From assembly GCA_049971805.1 (NCBI GenBank), contig JBMFKU010000002.1, forward strand, positions 1 through 64,000: a stretch of DNA of 64,000 nt. Direction: 5' to 3'. The notes under the pieces were generated by a model. The model had not been told where the DNA came from and searched no databases. It was given only the letters and a program-made list of their open reading frames with translations. Every line of letters begins with the position of its first letter. Position 1 is the first letter of the stretch. Below are positions 11,211 to 22,375 of the stretch, piece by piece. The stretch is from Caldisphaera sp. (lineage in GTDB: Archaea; Thermoproteota; Thermoprotei_A; Sulfolobales; Acidilobaceae). A program made the translations under genes and the position numbers.

Positions 11211-11464
11211 GCTCTAACACCCAATGCCTATTGGTAATTAAGTGTTTAAAACAACAAATATTTTTGATAAAGTAAAAACAAATATAGCTCTTCATGATAG
11301 GAAAGAGTAGATAAAGTATTAATTTTATTTATAAGTTTAATATTTTATAGCTCTAAAAATACTAATGATTTTTATGTTAATAAAACAATAAATTTGGATT
11401 TATAAGTATTTTCATATCAAATAGAAAAGACTTTTCTTGTTTTTATTAATTATAAGGTGAAAGC

Positions 11465-11902
11465 ATGAAAAATAGAAGTCTGTCAAACCTAATCGGAGCA
11501 GTTATTTTAATAAGTGCGACATTAATAGGAGGAGTATTAGTTTATAATTTCTTTCAAAAGTCTTTAAATTCAATGGAAAATATTGGTCAAAATGTTAACA
11601 TTATAGCAAGTTCGCAACTATTAAGTAGTAGCTCACAAATAATATACATAAAGATTACAAATAATATGCAAGGGGATATAAAAATAATTGGAATCTATGG
11701 TATTTTTTCGAATGGATCAGAAACTAATTTGAGTTTAACAAGCAATCAAATAGAACCTGATATTTTAGGCAAATCTTTATCTAGTGGAAATAGCTTATCT
11801 GCTGTTTTATACGCTTCTTCTTTAATAGAATCAATATTTATGCAATATAATTATACAATAACTAACCAAATAATGACATCTCAACCTGTAAAATTGAGCT
11901 GA
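11465..11902 (+). CDS. Archaeal type IV pilin
   Basis: Class III signal peptide MKNRS|LSNLIGAVILISATLIGGVLVY; N-x-S/T sequons; precedes the ATPase and membrane platform genes. Confidence 0.85.
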   Translation: MKNRSLSNLIGAVILISATLIGGVLVYNFFQKSLNSMENIGQNVNIIASSQLLSSSSQIIYIKITNNMQGDIKIIGIYGIFSNGSETNLSLTSNQIEPDILGKSLSSGNSLSAVLYASSLIESIFMQYNYTITNQIMTSQPVKLS

Positions 11903-11922
11903 TTTTTTAAAAGTGATCTAAT

Positions 11923-13368
11923 TTGCAGTTTAATATAAAAAAATTTTTTAAAAATATTCAAAATAATAATGAAAATAATTTAATCAATGAAAATAACATC
12001 TATGATTATGATATAAAAGAAGACAAAGAAAAATACGTAACTAATAAAAAGCCTCCTCAATGGAATGTCATAAGCAAATATAGCATAGGACCTAATAATT
12101 ATTATATTTATAGAGGAGAAGACGGTTTAGTTCATCTTTTAGTTAATGAACCAAAAATGTCTAATAAAGATGAACTAATAGAAGTCATATCTGGAATTAG
12201 AAAGACAACAAGTAATATAATGCAATATGAGATAGAAAAACTAAAAAGCGGTTATGGAGCCATATATCCTTTAATTATAGACCCCCATGTCGAAGAAATA
12301 TCTTACAGCGGGTACACAACCTATGTTTCAATAATACACAAATTAATACCTGCAAGGTGGATAATAGCTGATTTAAATATATTAAAAGACGAAGCCGATT
12401 CGATTGCCATTGAATTGGCTAGAAAAGCAGGTAAAACTGTTAGTATCGCATCTCCATATGCAGAAGGCATAACTTCAGAAGGTAATAGGATTTCAGTATC
12501 TTTTATGAGTGAGATATCACATTTTGGAAGTAGTTTTATATTAAGAAAATACCCTGAAAAACCATTAACGATGGTCGATTTAATTGCATCTAAAGTTCTT
12601 AGCCCCAGTTTAGCAGCATATTTATGGTTGCTTGCTGAATCTCAAGGATTTATTATAATTTCAGGTAGCATGGGTAGTGGGAAAACAACTTTCTTACAAG
12701 CATTAGCTAGTCTGCTACCTCCATATAGTAAAATAATAACCATAGAAGATACTCCTGAATTGAAACTTTTATCTCCTAATTGGGATTCTTTTATAACAAG
12801 ACCCAAATTACCAGGTGAAGAGATAGTAGAAGTAAGTTTAGAAGATTTATTAAAATTCGCATTAAGAAGAAGAGCTGATTATGTAATTGTTGGTGAAGTA
12901 AGAGGTAGAGAAGCCAAGCTATTGGCACAAGCGGCTACAAGTGGTTATGGAGCTATGACGACAATTCATGCTGATTCTTCTGAAGGAGTAATACTAAGGC
13001 TTAGGTTTGAGCCGATTAAGTTGCCAGCACTATTTATGAAAGCAATCACTGCAATAGCTCATATAAGGACTTTACCATCATTGGGAGGCAAATCAATCAG
13101 AAAGATTTTCGAGGTAAGCGAAATTGATAATGATAACATAATAGAAATATATAAAATTGGGAATAGCCAGGATTTGTTGGAGAAAATAATAGCAAGGAGT
13201 TCTAAACTAGAGGCTGCATGCGAAAGGCTGGGATTTCATTATAGTGAAGTTCTCGATGAATTAAAATCTAGGGTCGAGTTTTTAGAAAATTCAACAGGAA
13301 AAACTCCAGAGGAATTCTATGTTTCATTATCAAAATTTTATGTTGATAAATATGGTGATATAATTTGA
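11923..13368 (+). CDS. Type IV pilus assembly ATPase (VirB11/TadA/ArlI family)
   Basis: GSMGSGKTT, TIEDTPEL, VIVGEVRG, TTIHA. Confidence 0.93.
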   Translation: MQFNIKKFFKNIQNNNENNLINENNIYDYDIKEDKEKYVTNKKPPQWNVISKYSIGPNNYYIYRGEDGLVHLLVNEPKMSNKDELIEVISGIRKTTSNIMQYEIEKLKSGYGAIYPLIIDPHVEEISYSGYTTYVSIIHKLIPARWIIADLNILKDEADSIAIELARKAGKTVSIASPYAEGITSEGNRISVSFMSEISHFGSSFILRKYPEKPLTMVDLIASKVLSPSLAAYLWLLAESQGFIIISGSMGSGKTTFLQALASLLPPYSKIITIEDTPELKLLSPNWDSFITRPKLPGEEIVEVSLEDLLKFALRRRADYVIVGEVRGREAKLLAQAATSGYGAMTTIHADSSEGVILRLRFEPIKLPALFMKAITAIAHIRTLPSLGGKSIRKIFEVSEIDNDNIIEIYKIGNSQDLLEKIIARSSKLEAACERLGFHYSEVLDELKSRVEFLENSTGKTPEEFYVSLSKFYVDKYGDII

Positions 13369-14780
13369 TCTCATATGTTAAAAATATGTCTAAGAAAAAA
13401 AGATTTGACATTATAAAGTATGGAGTAAAACCTTCTATTTTCTTGCATAAAATAAGTAAAATTCTTAAATTCTTCTCAGTTTTCTTTATAATATTTATCA
13501 TGTATCTATTTTTTATTCGAAAAAATAACATGAATAATATAGCTTTTTATATATTAATCTTGCTGCTCATAGCCTTTTTCTTATCGGATTATTGGCTACC
13601 ATTATTTTGGATTAAATTACTGGATTCAGGTATTGATAATGAAATGCCTGCCTTTCTCGCTTTTCTAATACCCTATGCAAGTACATCTAAGAATCTTACA
13701 GATTTAATGCTAATGTTCCCTAAATCCTTAAATATTAAGTTTATCAAATATGAAATAGATAGGCTAAAAATATTACTGGGTATTGAATCGGATTTCAGGA
13801 AGGCTTTAAACAAACTTAATGAAACAACTCCAAATAAAAGACTTAAAAGATTCTTGACAGATTATATGCAAGCAGAAACCATGGGTACATCAAGATATGG
13901 AATAACTTCTTTATTATATAAACATGCCATGTTATCTCTAAGAGATAAATGGAACAGCTATACAGAATTAGGCAAGGAGTTTGCTGAGATCAGCATAGGT
14001 ATTGTTTTAGGTATGGGGGCATTGGCACCATTAATAATGATAAGCAGTCCAAATCTGGTTTTAATGATTTTCTTATTAGGAATACTGTTTATTTCTCTTA
14101 TATCACTGCTTCTCCTTTTTATTAGACCGAACATTGGAGAGCCGCTGGGGAACAATTATATAACATCTGGTATATTAATTATGCCGCTATTGGCTTCATT
14201 TCTATTGTTAATTGGATACAATTATTTAGCATTAGCTTTTTTAGCTGTAACATCTTCCATAATAGAAATTAATTATTTTAGGCTTAATAAGAAAGTGTTG
14301 CAAGCTTTGACTAATCTTAGAATAGCTTCAGAGAAAGCAAAGCTAGGAAAAAGATTTGATATCGAACTCCTAAGGTCTAGAATTATTGCAGGAAATGTGA
14401 TAGATGCAATAATTTCGGCAGAAAAGATAGCTGGAAAAACAGGGACAAGCCATGCGATCGAAGGATTAAGTATGGTTATTGATGAAGCTAAAAGATTATC
14501 AAAATCTTTATCTTCTTTATCACTTTTAATGATAGGCTTTTCTATCATATCCCCAGGTATTTCTTTGATTATTATTAATGTAATGTCATCAGTATTTCCT
14601 GCTATGTCGCAGTTTATTAATCTTAATTTAAATACAGTTATTTTAACTAAAAAAATTATATTATCTTTATCCCCTTTATCACCATTACCAATATCGATTT
14701 TGCATAGAGGAAAACAAGCTTCATTAATTCCGAGTTTAATTTCTTTTATGGTATCTCTTATATTATTTTTTAAATTTTAA
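13365..14780 (+). CDS. Pilus membrane platform protein (TadC/ArlJ-like)
   Basis: Multi-TM; IDNEMPAFL and TPNKRLKRFL T2SSF-like segment; overlaps the ATPase stop. Confidence 0.8.
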   Translation: MISYVKNMSKKKRFDIIKYGVKPSIFLHKISKILKFFSVFFIIFIMYLFFIRKNNMNNIAFYILILLLIAFFLSDYWLPLFWIKLLDSGIDNEMPAFLAFLIPYASTSKNLTDLMLMFPKSLNIKFIKYEIDRLKILLGIESDFRKALNKLNETTPNKRLKRFLTDYMQAETMGTSRYGITSLLYKHAMLSLRDKWNSYTELGKEFAEISIGIVLGMGALAPLIMISSPNLVLMIFLLGILFISLISLLLLFIRPNIGEPLGNNYITSGILIMPLLASFLLLIGYNYLALAFLAVTSSIIEINYFRLNKKVLQALTNLRIASEKAKLGKRFDIELLRSRIIAGNVIDAIISAEKIAGKTGTSHAIEGLSMVIDEAKRLSKSLSSLSLLMIGFSIISPGISLIIINVMSSVFPAMSQFINLNLNTVILTKKIILSLSPLSPLPISILHRGKQASLIPSLISFMVSLILFFKF

Positions 14781-14940
14781 ATACATTTAGAAATTATTTA
14801 AATAGTTTTGTTATTAATTATCTTTTGGTCTTCTTTTAACAATAAAGGATTGGTACAACAGACATATTTATTTGAGTATATAGCCTTTGAATCCATAGAT
14901 ATACTAGGGTATGGGGAAAATTATTTAGAGGTTATATGAT

Positions 14941-15336
14941 ATGCCAGAAAAGCAAATAGAAATGATGACAATAGAAATGCCATGTGAAATAGCTGCAAAG
15001 ATGGTTATTCCATCGATAAGAGCTTCAGTAGCGTATGTTTTAGTTAATGAATTTAAGCTATCGAAATATACTGTTGCAAGACTTCTTGGCTTAACTCCAG
15101 CAGCTATAAATAATTATATGTCAGGGAAAAGAGGAGATAAATATATGAAGATATTACTAGAAAATGAAATCTATTTAAGTAAAGTTGAAGAAGTAGCTAA
15201 ACTAATACTAAATTTCCATGGAGAATCGAAAAATGATATGGATTTGTTTTTAAAGAGATATCAAGAAGCTATGTGCAGTATTTGCAGTCAAGTTAATGAG
15301 GTTGCTGCTAAACATGGATGCCCATATAGGCATTAG
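14941..15336 (+). CDS. HTH transcriptional regulator (COG2522-like, Cys-containing)
   Basis: MPCE...VIPSIRA...VARLLGLTPAAINNY.SGKRG; CxxC near the C-terminus. Confidence 0.8.
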   Translation: MPEKQIEMMTIEMPCEIAAKMVIPSIRASVAYVLVNEFKLSKYTVARLLGLTPAAINNYMSGKRGDKYMKILLENEIYLSKVEEVAKLILNFHGESKNDMDLFLKRYQEAMCSICSQVNEVAAKHGCPYRH

Positions 15337-15590
15337 TTTATAGTTTGGATTTTATTTTTATAACAATTATATGGCGATTTCTGGTTTGTATTATTTTTGT
15401 GATCTGTTATGCAATTTTATATATTAAATCTAGAAAACATTTCTAGCTTTGAATAGTAAATAATTTTTATAATTGTTAAAAAAGAATAATTTTTTCTATT
15501 TGATTATAATAATTGTTAAAAAGTACTAGAAATCCAATTATTTTTTAACCCTTATTTGTTTCTTTTTGAAAAAGAAGTAGGTGAAGTGAA

Positions 15591-17804
15591 TTGGGTGCAA
15601 GAGTCAAGCTGGTTTCAGAAATTGAAAAAATAATGGCTAATATAGAGCAGGTTAGAAATATTGGAGTGATAGCGCATGTAGATCACGGTAAAACGACTAC
15701 TAGTGATACATTGCTAGCAGGAGCAGGAATTATATCAGAAAGAGTAGCTGGGGAAGCTCTTTTGCTAGACTATTTAAATGTAGAAAAGGAAAGAGAGATG
15801 ACAGTAAAAGCTGCCAATGTAAGCTTATATCACGAATATAACGGTAAACCATATGTTATAAACTTGATAGACACTCCGGGGCATGTAGATTTTACAGGTA
15901 TGGTAACAAGAAGCCTTAGAGTACTAGACGGAGGAATAGTTGTTGTGGATTCTGCAGAAGGTGTTATGACACAAACTGAAACTGTTTTAAGACAAGCTCT
16001 TGAGGAAAGGGTTAAGCCTGTTTTATTTATTAATAAGGTGGACAGACTTATAAAGGAGCTTAAGTTTGGGCCACAACAAATCCAAGAAAGGTTTGTAGAA
16101 ATAATAAAAGATGTAAACAATCTGATAGATATTTATGCAGAACCAGAATTTAAAAATAAGTGGAAAATAAATCCTGCTGAGGGCAGCGTGGCCTTTGGAA
16201 GTGCCAAAGATAAGTGGGCTTTAACCGTACCAGATGCATCAAAAAAAGGTATAACATTTCAGCAAATAATAGATGCATATTCTGCAAATACAAAAGATAA
16301 GGTTGTAGAATTAAGTAAAAAAGCACCAATCTGGGATGCACTGTTAAACATGGTAGTTAAGTTTATTCCAAACCCAAAAGAAGCTCAAAGGTATAGGGTA
16401 CCTAAAATATGGAAAGGAAACTTAGACACAGATTTAGGTAAGGCAATGATAGAGGCAGACCCTAATGGTCCATTGATTTTTTATGCTAATGCAATTAAGG
16501 TAGAAAAGGCTGGAATTGTTGCAACTGGTAGAGTATTTTCTGGTACATTAGAGTCAGGAAAAGAGGTATATGTTGTTTCTAGCGATCGTACTGGAAGAAT
16601 ATTGCAGGTAAGCCTTTACATGGGACCATTTAGAGAGTTAACAAACAAAATACCCGCAGGCAATGTGGGTGCATTGATGGGTATAGAAGGGTTAAAATCT
16701 GGAGAAACCTTGGTTGATGTTGCGTATAAGTCTCAAGCAGCGCCATTTGAACAGCTCCATTATATAAGTGAACCTGTAGTAACCTCAGCAATAGAGCCTG
16801 CAAAGCTGCAGGACCTGCCTAAGATGATTGATGCACTTAAAAAATTAACGTTAGAAGATCCGAATCTGGTAGTTAAAATTAACGAAGAAACAGGGGAATA
16901 CCTGATATCTGGTATGGGTCAACTACACCTAGAAATAGCTATGTGGATGCTAAAGGAGCTCTATGGTGTAGAAGTTAAGGCCAGCCCACCAATAGTTGTA
17001 TATAGGGAATCTGTTAAAGAAAAAAGCGAAACGTTCGAAGGTAAAAGCCCCAATAAACATAATAGGTTCTATATAAGTGTTGAGCCTTTAAATGACCAAA
17101 CTATAGATTTAGTTCATAAAGGTCTAGTGAATGAAGATCAAGAAGCTAAGGATAGAGCAAAGATTTTAAGAGATCAAGCTGGATGGGATTACGATGAGGC
17201 TAGAAAAATATGGTCAATAGATGAAAATATAAACATATTTGTTGATATGACATCTGGTGTGCAATACTTAAAGGAAGTTAAAGATACCATATTGGGTGGA
17301 TTTAGAATTGCAGTAAAAGAGGGACCATTAGCAGCTGAGCCTGTTAGAGGTTTAAAGGTTATCTTACATGATGCAGAAATTCACGAAGATCCTGTTCATA
17401 GAGGTCCTGGGCAGATATATCCGGCAGTAAGAAATGCCATATGGGCTGCAATGCTAACTTCAAGACCAACTTTACTTGAACCAATACAGAAGCTAGACAT
17501 AAAAGTTCCTATGGATTACTTAAGTCCAGTAACAACAATAATTACTAAGAAAAGAGGTAAAGTCTTAGATGTAAAACAAGTTGGTCTTCAAGTAACGGTT
17601 AGTGCTGAAATACCTGTTGCTGAAGGCTTTGATATATCTCAAGAACTAAGAGGTTCTACCGCAGGAAAGGCGTTTTGGGGAGCAGAATTTAGCAGATGGG
17701 CTCCAGTGCCAGATTCTATGTTAGATGATTTAATTAAAAAGATAAGAGATAGAAAAGGATTGCCTCCAAGACCTCCAAAGCTTGAGGATCTCTTGGGTCC
17801 TTAA
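15591..17804 (+). CDS. fusA: Translation elongation factor 2
   Basis: [21 protein letters not shown]; diphthamide loop [11 protein letters not shown]. Confidence 0.98.
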   Translation: MGARVKLVSEIEKIMANIEQVRNIGVIAHVDHGKTTTSDTLLAGAGIISERVAGEALLLDYLNVEKEREMTVKAANVSLYHEYNGKPYVINLIDTPGHVDFTGMVTRSLRVLDGGIVVVDSAEGVMTQTETVLRQALEERVKPVLFINKVDRLIKELKFGPQQIQERFVEIIKDVNNLIDIYAEPEFKNKWKINPAEGSVAFGSAKDKWALTVPDASKKGITFQQIIDAYSANTKDKVVELSKKAPIWDALLNMVVKFIPNPKEAQRYRVPKIWKGNLDTDLGKAMIEADPNGPLIFYANAIKVEKAGIVATGRVFSGTLESGKEVYVVSSDRTGRILQVSLYMGPFRELTNKIPAGNVGALMGIEGLKSGETLVDVAYKSQAAPFEQLHYISEPVVTSAIEPAKLQDLPKMIDALKKLTLEDPNLVVKINEETGEYLISGMGQLHLEIAMWMLKELYGVEVKASPPIVVYRESVKEKSETFEGKSPNKHNRFYISVEPLNDQTIDLVHKGLVNEDQEAKDRAKILRDQAGWDYDEARKIWSIDENINIFVDMTSGVQYLKEVKDTILGGFRIAVKEGPLAAEPVRGLKVILHDAEIHEDPVHRGPGQIYPAVRNAIWAAMLTSRPTLLEPIQKLDIKVPMDYLSPVTTIITKKRGKVLDVKQVGLQVTVSAEIPVAEGFDISQELRGSTAGKAFWGAEFSRWAPVPDSMLDDLIKKIRDRKGLPPRPPKLEDLLGP

Positions 17805-17829
17805 TTTGTAATCTAAATAAACTTATCGT

Positions 17830-18540
17830 TTAGTATAATATTTTTTCAAACTTTATAGAACTCAAGTTTTCATCTATATTTCCTTTTAATTCTTTAATTT
17901 TTATGTAATCATTTTCAATAACCAAACCTTGCCTGAACATTGCAACAGCGCAATTTTCAGTAGAAGCTGATGTACTCAATCCGCCCTCTGAAAGGAGATC
18001 AAGTCCGCTGTTAATATCTTGCTGAGATAGGCCACAATGTCCGTAAGGATGAGTATGCATGTTGTAGATTACTTTTACAAATGGTATTTTAACCCTTAGT
18101 AATTCTCCCTCCAATATTGTTAAATTAGAATTATAATCATATAGCATTAAATATTCTATATTTGACTCTGTAGTCTTTCTAGAAAAGTTTTTAATAATTT
18201 CAAGGTCGAATTTGTAAGGTATTAATGGGACAAAGCTATATAGATCTTTTATGCTTACAAAATTTTTTAAATATTTATCTTTTATTATTTTTATTTCCAT
18301 ATTATTTGCTTCATCTTCTATTGTATCGAATTCCCATGGAACGTCAACTTTCAATTCTATTCTTTTATTTTTTATTAACTGCCTTAATGAGTTTTCTTCG
18401 ATTAGATTCTTCTCTACTTTTGCATCAAATAAGTTGTAACTTTCATCAAAAGAGTTTTCTATGGAAAGTATAACTTTATTAATAATAGCCAGTATAATAG
18501 ATCCATTAGTTTTTGTATAAGTTTGAAATTTTTTGCTCAT
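17830..18540 (-). CDS. Hypothetical protein with JAB/JAMM-type metal motif
   Basis: E...HTHPYGHCGLSQQD fits HxHx7SxxD. Confidence 0.6.
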   Translation of the reverse strand: MSKKFQTYTKTNGSIILAIINKVILSIENSFDESYNLFDAKVEKNLIEENSLRQLIKNKRIELKVDVPWEFDTIEDEANNMEIKIIKDKYLKNFVSIKDLYSFVPLIPYKFDLEIIKNFSRKTTESNIEYLMLYDYNSNLTILEGELLRVKIPFVKVIYNMHTHPYGHCGLSQQDINSGLDLLSEGGLSTSASTENCAVAMFRQGLVIENDYIKIKELKGNIDENLSSIKFEKILY

Positions 18541-19004
18541 AGCTTATCTCCTTTAAAAGTCATGGCTGTTATCATAACAGTTAGCAATTGTTCATTTCTT
18601 AGATCTTCTATTAGTTTACGATTTATATCAATGGCTGCTTTATTGCTTTTTATCATAATTGTTGACCCTTCTATATAATTGCTTTTCCTGAAAATTATTT
18701 TATTTTTATCATTAAGCAATAGGTTTTTACTGCCATATCCTATTATGCTATCGCAAATATTTTTTGAACATAAAATAGCTAATATTAGTGTGTTATCATT
18801 TTTTATTTCATTGATTAACCAATATGGAAGATCTTGGGCTGCTTTCTCTGATTTAACTGCTATTATGCAATCCCCTCTAGGTGTTAGATCTTCATCTTTT
18901 GTTATTTCGAAGGTTGTTTTATGTGTAGCTTTTATATTTTTATGACCATGTGCATTAAATACGTACCATTTAGTGCTTATTTCTCTTGCTTTCATTGGGC
19001 TCAT
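18537..19004 (-). CDS. DUF371 family protein
   Basis: GHKNIKATHKTTFEITKDEDLTPRGDCII. Confidence 0.9.
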   Translation of the reverse strand: MSPMKAREISTKWYVFNAHGHKNIKATHKTTFEITKDEDLTPRGDCIIAVKSEKAAQDLPYWLINEIKNDNTLILAILCSKNICDSIIGYGSKNLLLNDKNKIIFRKSNYIEGSTIMIKSNKAAIDINRKLIEDLRNEQLLTVMITAMTFKGDKL

Positions 19005-19734
19005 CTTTTTTATAAAAACTTTCTAATGTATTTGAGCTTTTGATATCTCTATTGTACGGTAATTTCATTAGTTCTTTAATTTTAGATGCCTTCTTTTCTC
19101 CTATTATTTTAGATAACTCTGCAATGCTAGAATTAAAAAATTTTTCTAAAGTACCAAAATGATCCAGTATCTTTTCTGCGGTTTTATCTCCAACACCTGG
19201 AAAAGATTGAATTATATAAAGTTGCCATTCCCTATTTTCATCTATTTTTGGTTTTTTATGGATTATGAAGTCTCCTGCAGATTCTTTATTTGATAAAGAT
19301 TTTTTTAAAATAGCAACGATATAATTGGCTGTAGACTGCGTATCTATGCTCCATAAAATTTTTACATTAAAATCTATTATTAAAGAAATCAAAGCCGATT
19401 CTATTTGTTTTTCTCTATTTTCCCACGAGAGTATGACTTTTTTAAAATCACCTTCAACTATGTATATTATATTTTGATATTTTTGATATAACCTTTTTGC
19501 TTGATCAAACAGCCTTCCGTCAAATAAAGATTTTATAAAATCATAGGAGCTTTTCCTTTCAATTATTACCATGTCTGGAATTATATAGTCACCCTCTTCT
19601 AATTGCCTTCTTATCACTATTATACCATAAGACTCTAAAATCCTTGGTATACCTGATTGTTCTTCTCTTGTATCTGCATAGACTCTTAGCTTCTTTATTT
19701 CATCCATCTTTGGATTCACTGCTCTTACATTCAT
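18970..19734 (-). CDS. xpf: Crenarchaeal XPF/ERCC4 flap endonuclease
   Basis: ADTRE, GDY, ERKS, DGRLFDQ; HhH motif PGVG; PIP-like TLESFY. Confidence 0.93.
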   Translation of the reverse strand: MNVRAVNPKMDEIKKLRVYADTREEQSGIPRILESYGIIVIRRQLEEGDYIIPDMVIIERKSSYDFIKSLFDGRLFDQAKRLYQKYQNIIYIVEGDFKKVILSWENREKQIESALISLIIDFNVKILWSIDTQSTANYIVAILKKSLSNKESAGDFIIHKKPKIDENREWQLYIIQSFPGVGDKTAEKILDHFGTLEKFFNSSIAELSKIIGEKKASKIKELMKLPYNRDIKSSNTLESFYKKDEPNESKRNKH

Positions 19735-20716
19735 TATTAATTAATTGCATAGCATAGTTGAAAACTTTTTCCTTCTCTACAATTCCTTTTAAGGTTACTA
19801 TCCCAGCCCCTTTATGTCCACCACCTTCACCATCAAATTTTTCTCCAATTAGTTTTGAAATTTTTGATGCATCAATTTTTTTCAATAGAGCTCTCTCTGA
19901 AGCTCTGATAGATATTCTTGTAGGGACAGACCTATTGATTGTTATAGCAACATCTGCTCCGTTTAATATTAAACTTCTAGATACTTCCGATTCAAATGAT
20001 CCTATTTCAGTTAAAGCTAATATTAAATCTTTGCACGCTTTGCCTAAAGTTGCTCGTGATAATCCTTTTAGTCTGGCCATCCTATTCGAAAAGTCATCCT
20101 CAAGTGAGCTAACTATCTTGTTAAATATGTTTCTTGCATTATTATAATTTGCATTTTGTTCTAATAGATATATAATATCATAGAATGTATTTTTATTGGC
20201 TCTTTCAAGTTTGTTGCTATCAAACAATATACCTAAAATTCCTAATGTAGCTATATTTTCGTAAAAATTAATTGCCAATCCTTTAGCGAAGTTTGTTATA
20301 ATTTCTGTAGTAGATGTGGCCTCTTTATCTATATAATATAAATCCATAATTTTATAAAGTTCACCTTCTTTATGATGATCTATTTGGATTTTTATCTTAA
20401 CCTTATTTAGAATTTCTTCTAATCCTTTTAATTGAACAGGATTTGCTACATCTAATATGATTATTACATCATAGCTTATATTATCACAGTTTTCTATTTT
20501 AATGTTTAATTCTTTTATTGCATAATCTGCCTCCTTAGATAAGTTCTTAAAATAAATGCAGCATTTTTTGCCAAATTTTTTGCAAATGCTTTGCAGTATT
20601 AGTGCAGATGCTAATGAGTCTATATCTGAGTTATAATGCGATGTTATTAAAACATTTTTATTTTTAATCAAATTTAAAAAATCTTTAAGAAAATTATTGG
20701 AATTACTTACAGGCAA
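19700..20716 (-). CDS. DHH/DHHA1 phosphoesterase (NrnA-like)
   Basis: HYNSDIDS, ILD, IDHH, GGGHKGA. Confidence 0.9.
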   Translation of the reverse strand: MPVSNSNNFLKDFLNLIKNKNVLITSHYNSDIDSLASALILQSICKKFGKKCCIYFKNLSKEADYAIKELNIKIENCDNISYDVIIILDVANPVQLKGLEEILNKVKIKIQIDHHKEGELYKIMDLYYIDKEATSTTEIITNFAKGLAINFYENIATLGILGILFDSNKLERANKNTFYDIIYLLEQNANYNNARNIFNKIVSSLEDDFSNRMARLKGLSRATLGKACKDLILALTEIGSFESEVSRSLILNGADVAITINRSVPTRISIRASERALLKKIDASKISKLIGEKFDGEGGGHKGAGIVTLKGIVEKEKVFNYAMQLINNECKSSESKDG

Positions 20717-20732
20717 ACCAATTCACTAATTT

Positions 20733-21122
20733 TTATGCTCCTCCACCTATTGTCGTTTTCCCAGTTGAAGGGCCTGTTATTCCTGATAGAAGCTGTCTTA
20801 ATTCTGATGTCAATCTATCAATTTGATCTTTTACCATTGCTTCCTGGTTTTTAAGTGCTTTAATTCTTAATTCTAGGTCTTCCTTTTTTCCTTCTAGTTC
20901 TTTTAATAAGTCCTCCTTTTTGCTTTTTACTAAAACGAATCCTGTCATTTTAAATAGTTCTGTATCATCTGTTAATGATTTAAGCTTTTCCAATACTTTT
21001 TCTATTTCACCTAATGACGATTCAGCATTCATCCTTTCTTGAACTATTACATTATACGTATCTCTAAGCTGTAAGTATTTATTATATTTTGCTTCCGCTT
21101 CTGGTGGTATTTTTTCAACCAA
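20733..21122 (-). CDS. pfdB: Prefoldin beta subunit
   Basis: IPPE start, two coiled coils around FKMTGFVLV hairpin. Confidence 0.9.
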   Translation of the reverse strand: MVEKIPPEAEAKYNKYLQLRDTYNVIVQERMNAESSLGEIEKVLEKLKSLTDDTELFKMTGFVLVKSKKEDLLKELEGKKEDLELRIKALKNQEAMVKDQIDRLTSELRQLLSGITGPSTGKTTIGGGA

Positions 21123-21320
21123 AGTTTCTACCCCTACTTTTTAGGTAAAAGGTATCGTTTTTATGTTTAAATAAGCAAGATTTTTATTAAATTTTTTATT
21201 TCAAAATAACGTTTAAAATAAAAAATAAAAAACTAAATAAAAGGTTTTATGTATGAGTTTAAGGCAAAAAGAATAAATAAAGCTACTAATTCTTTTAAAT
21301 ATGCGGAAGGTGAAATCCAT

Positions 21321-21725
21321 TTGTCAATCGCCTATAATCCGCTCGTGTTGGCAGCAAACGCAATGATTATAGTTCCTATATTAGTATTATTGCTCCTTGT
21401 TGCCGTAATATACTTATTAAAATGGTTATTAAAAGCAAGCTATGAAATAGAGAAGACAGAGCCATATAAGAAGGTTCCATTCGAGTCCTCCAACCCTCCA
21501 AAAGGTGTTGGAAAAGGTAGAATGACTTTTCAATACTTTGGTTATTTAATTATGTTTTTAGCTATGGAACCCGCTGTAGTTCTTTTAACCTTTATAGCTG
21601 TTTCTCCAAAAGAGTTAATATCTAAAACTATTTTGTTATATCTAGTATTGATTTTGGTTTTTGCTCCTTTGTTAGCCTATGCTGCATATGAGGCGAAACG
21701 TGTTAAGAATTGGATGTTTGGTTAA
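21321..21725 (+). CDS. nuoA: Complex I-like subunit A
   Basis: PFESSNPP, QYFGYLIMFLAME; start moved to the TTG after GGTGA RBS. Confidence 0.88.
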   Translation: MSIAYNPLVLAANAMIIVPILVLLLLVAVIYLLKWLLKASYEIEKTEPYKKVPFESSNPPKGVGKGRMTFQYFGYLIMFLAMEPAVVLLTFIAVSPKELISKTILLYLVLILVFAPLLAYAAYEAKRVKNWMFG

Positions 21726-21736
21726 GGTGATTTTAT

Positions 21737-22375
21737 ATGGTTAAGGATGATGATAAAGAAAAGAATGAGGAAAGATTGAATGTATTTTATGGTGATTTAG
21801 ATACAGTTGCACAAAGCGCGAAAGAAATGTTACTTAAAGGCTCTATTGGTAAAATGATTGATTGGGCTAATGCATTTAGTCTATGGCCTGTTCACTTAAT
21901 GACAAGTTGTTGTGGATGTGAGATTGGAGCTGCTTGGGGACCTAGGTTTGATAATGAGAGATATGGATCTCTTCCATGGGTCAGTCCAAGGCAGACGAAT
22001 TTGATAATTGTAGAAGGTACAGTAACTAAAAAGATGGCATGTTCAGTTAGAATAACATGGGACCAGATGCCATATCCTAAGTTTGCTGTAGCAATGGGAG
22101 CTTGTGCCTTAGATGGGGGTATTTTCTATAATAGTTATAATTTAGTTAGGCCTTGGCAAGTAATTCCAATAGATGTGTATATACCAGGTTGCCCGCCAAG
22201 ACCAGAAGCAGTTGCAAGAGCTATTGTTGAATTACAAAGACTTTTAAGAAATAAATCAGTTGCATCTAAATGGGTTATTGAATCAAAGCGTGAGGATATG
22301 AAGAATATTATACCAAAAGAAGATTTGTGCAGTTGGAGAGGTGAAAAAGTTGATCTCAGTACAAGATATGATTAA
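21737..22375 (+). CDS. nuoB: Complex I-like subunit B (N2 Fe-S)
   Basis: TSCCGCE, AMGACA, YIPGCPPRPE. Confidence 0.93.
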   Translation: MVKDDDKEKNEERLNVFYGDLDTVAQSAKEMLLKGSIGKMIDWANAFSLWPVHLMTSCCGCEIGAAWGPRFDNERYGSLPWVSPRQTNLIIVEGTVTKKMACSVRITWDQMPYPKFAVAMGACALDGGIFYNSYNLVRPWQVIPIDVYIPGCPPRPEAVARAIVELQRLLRNKSVASKWVIESKREDMKNIIPKEDLCSWRGEKVDLSTRYD

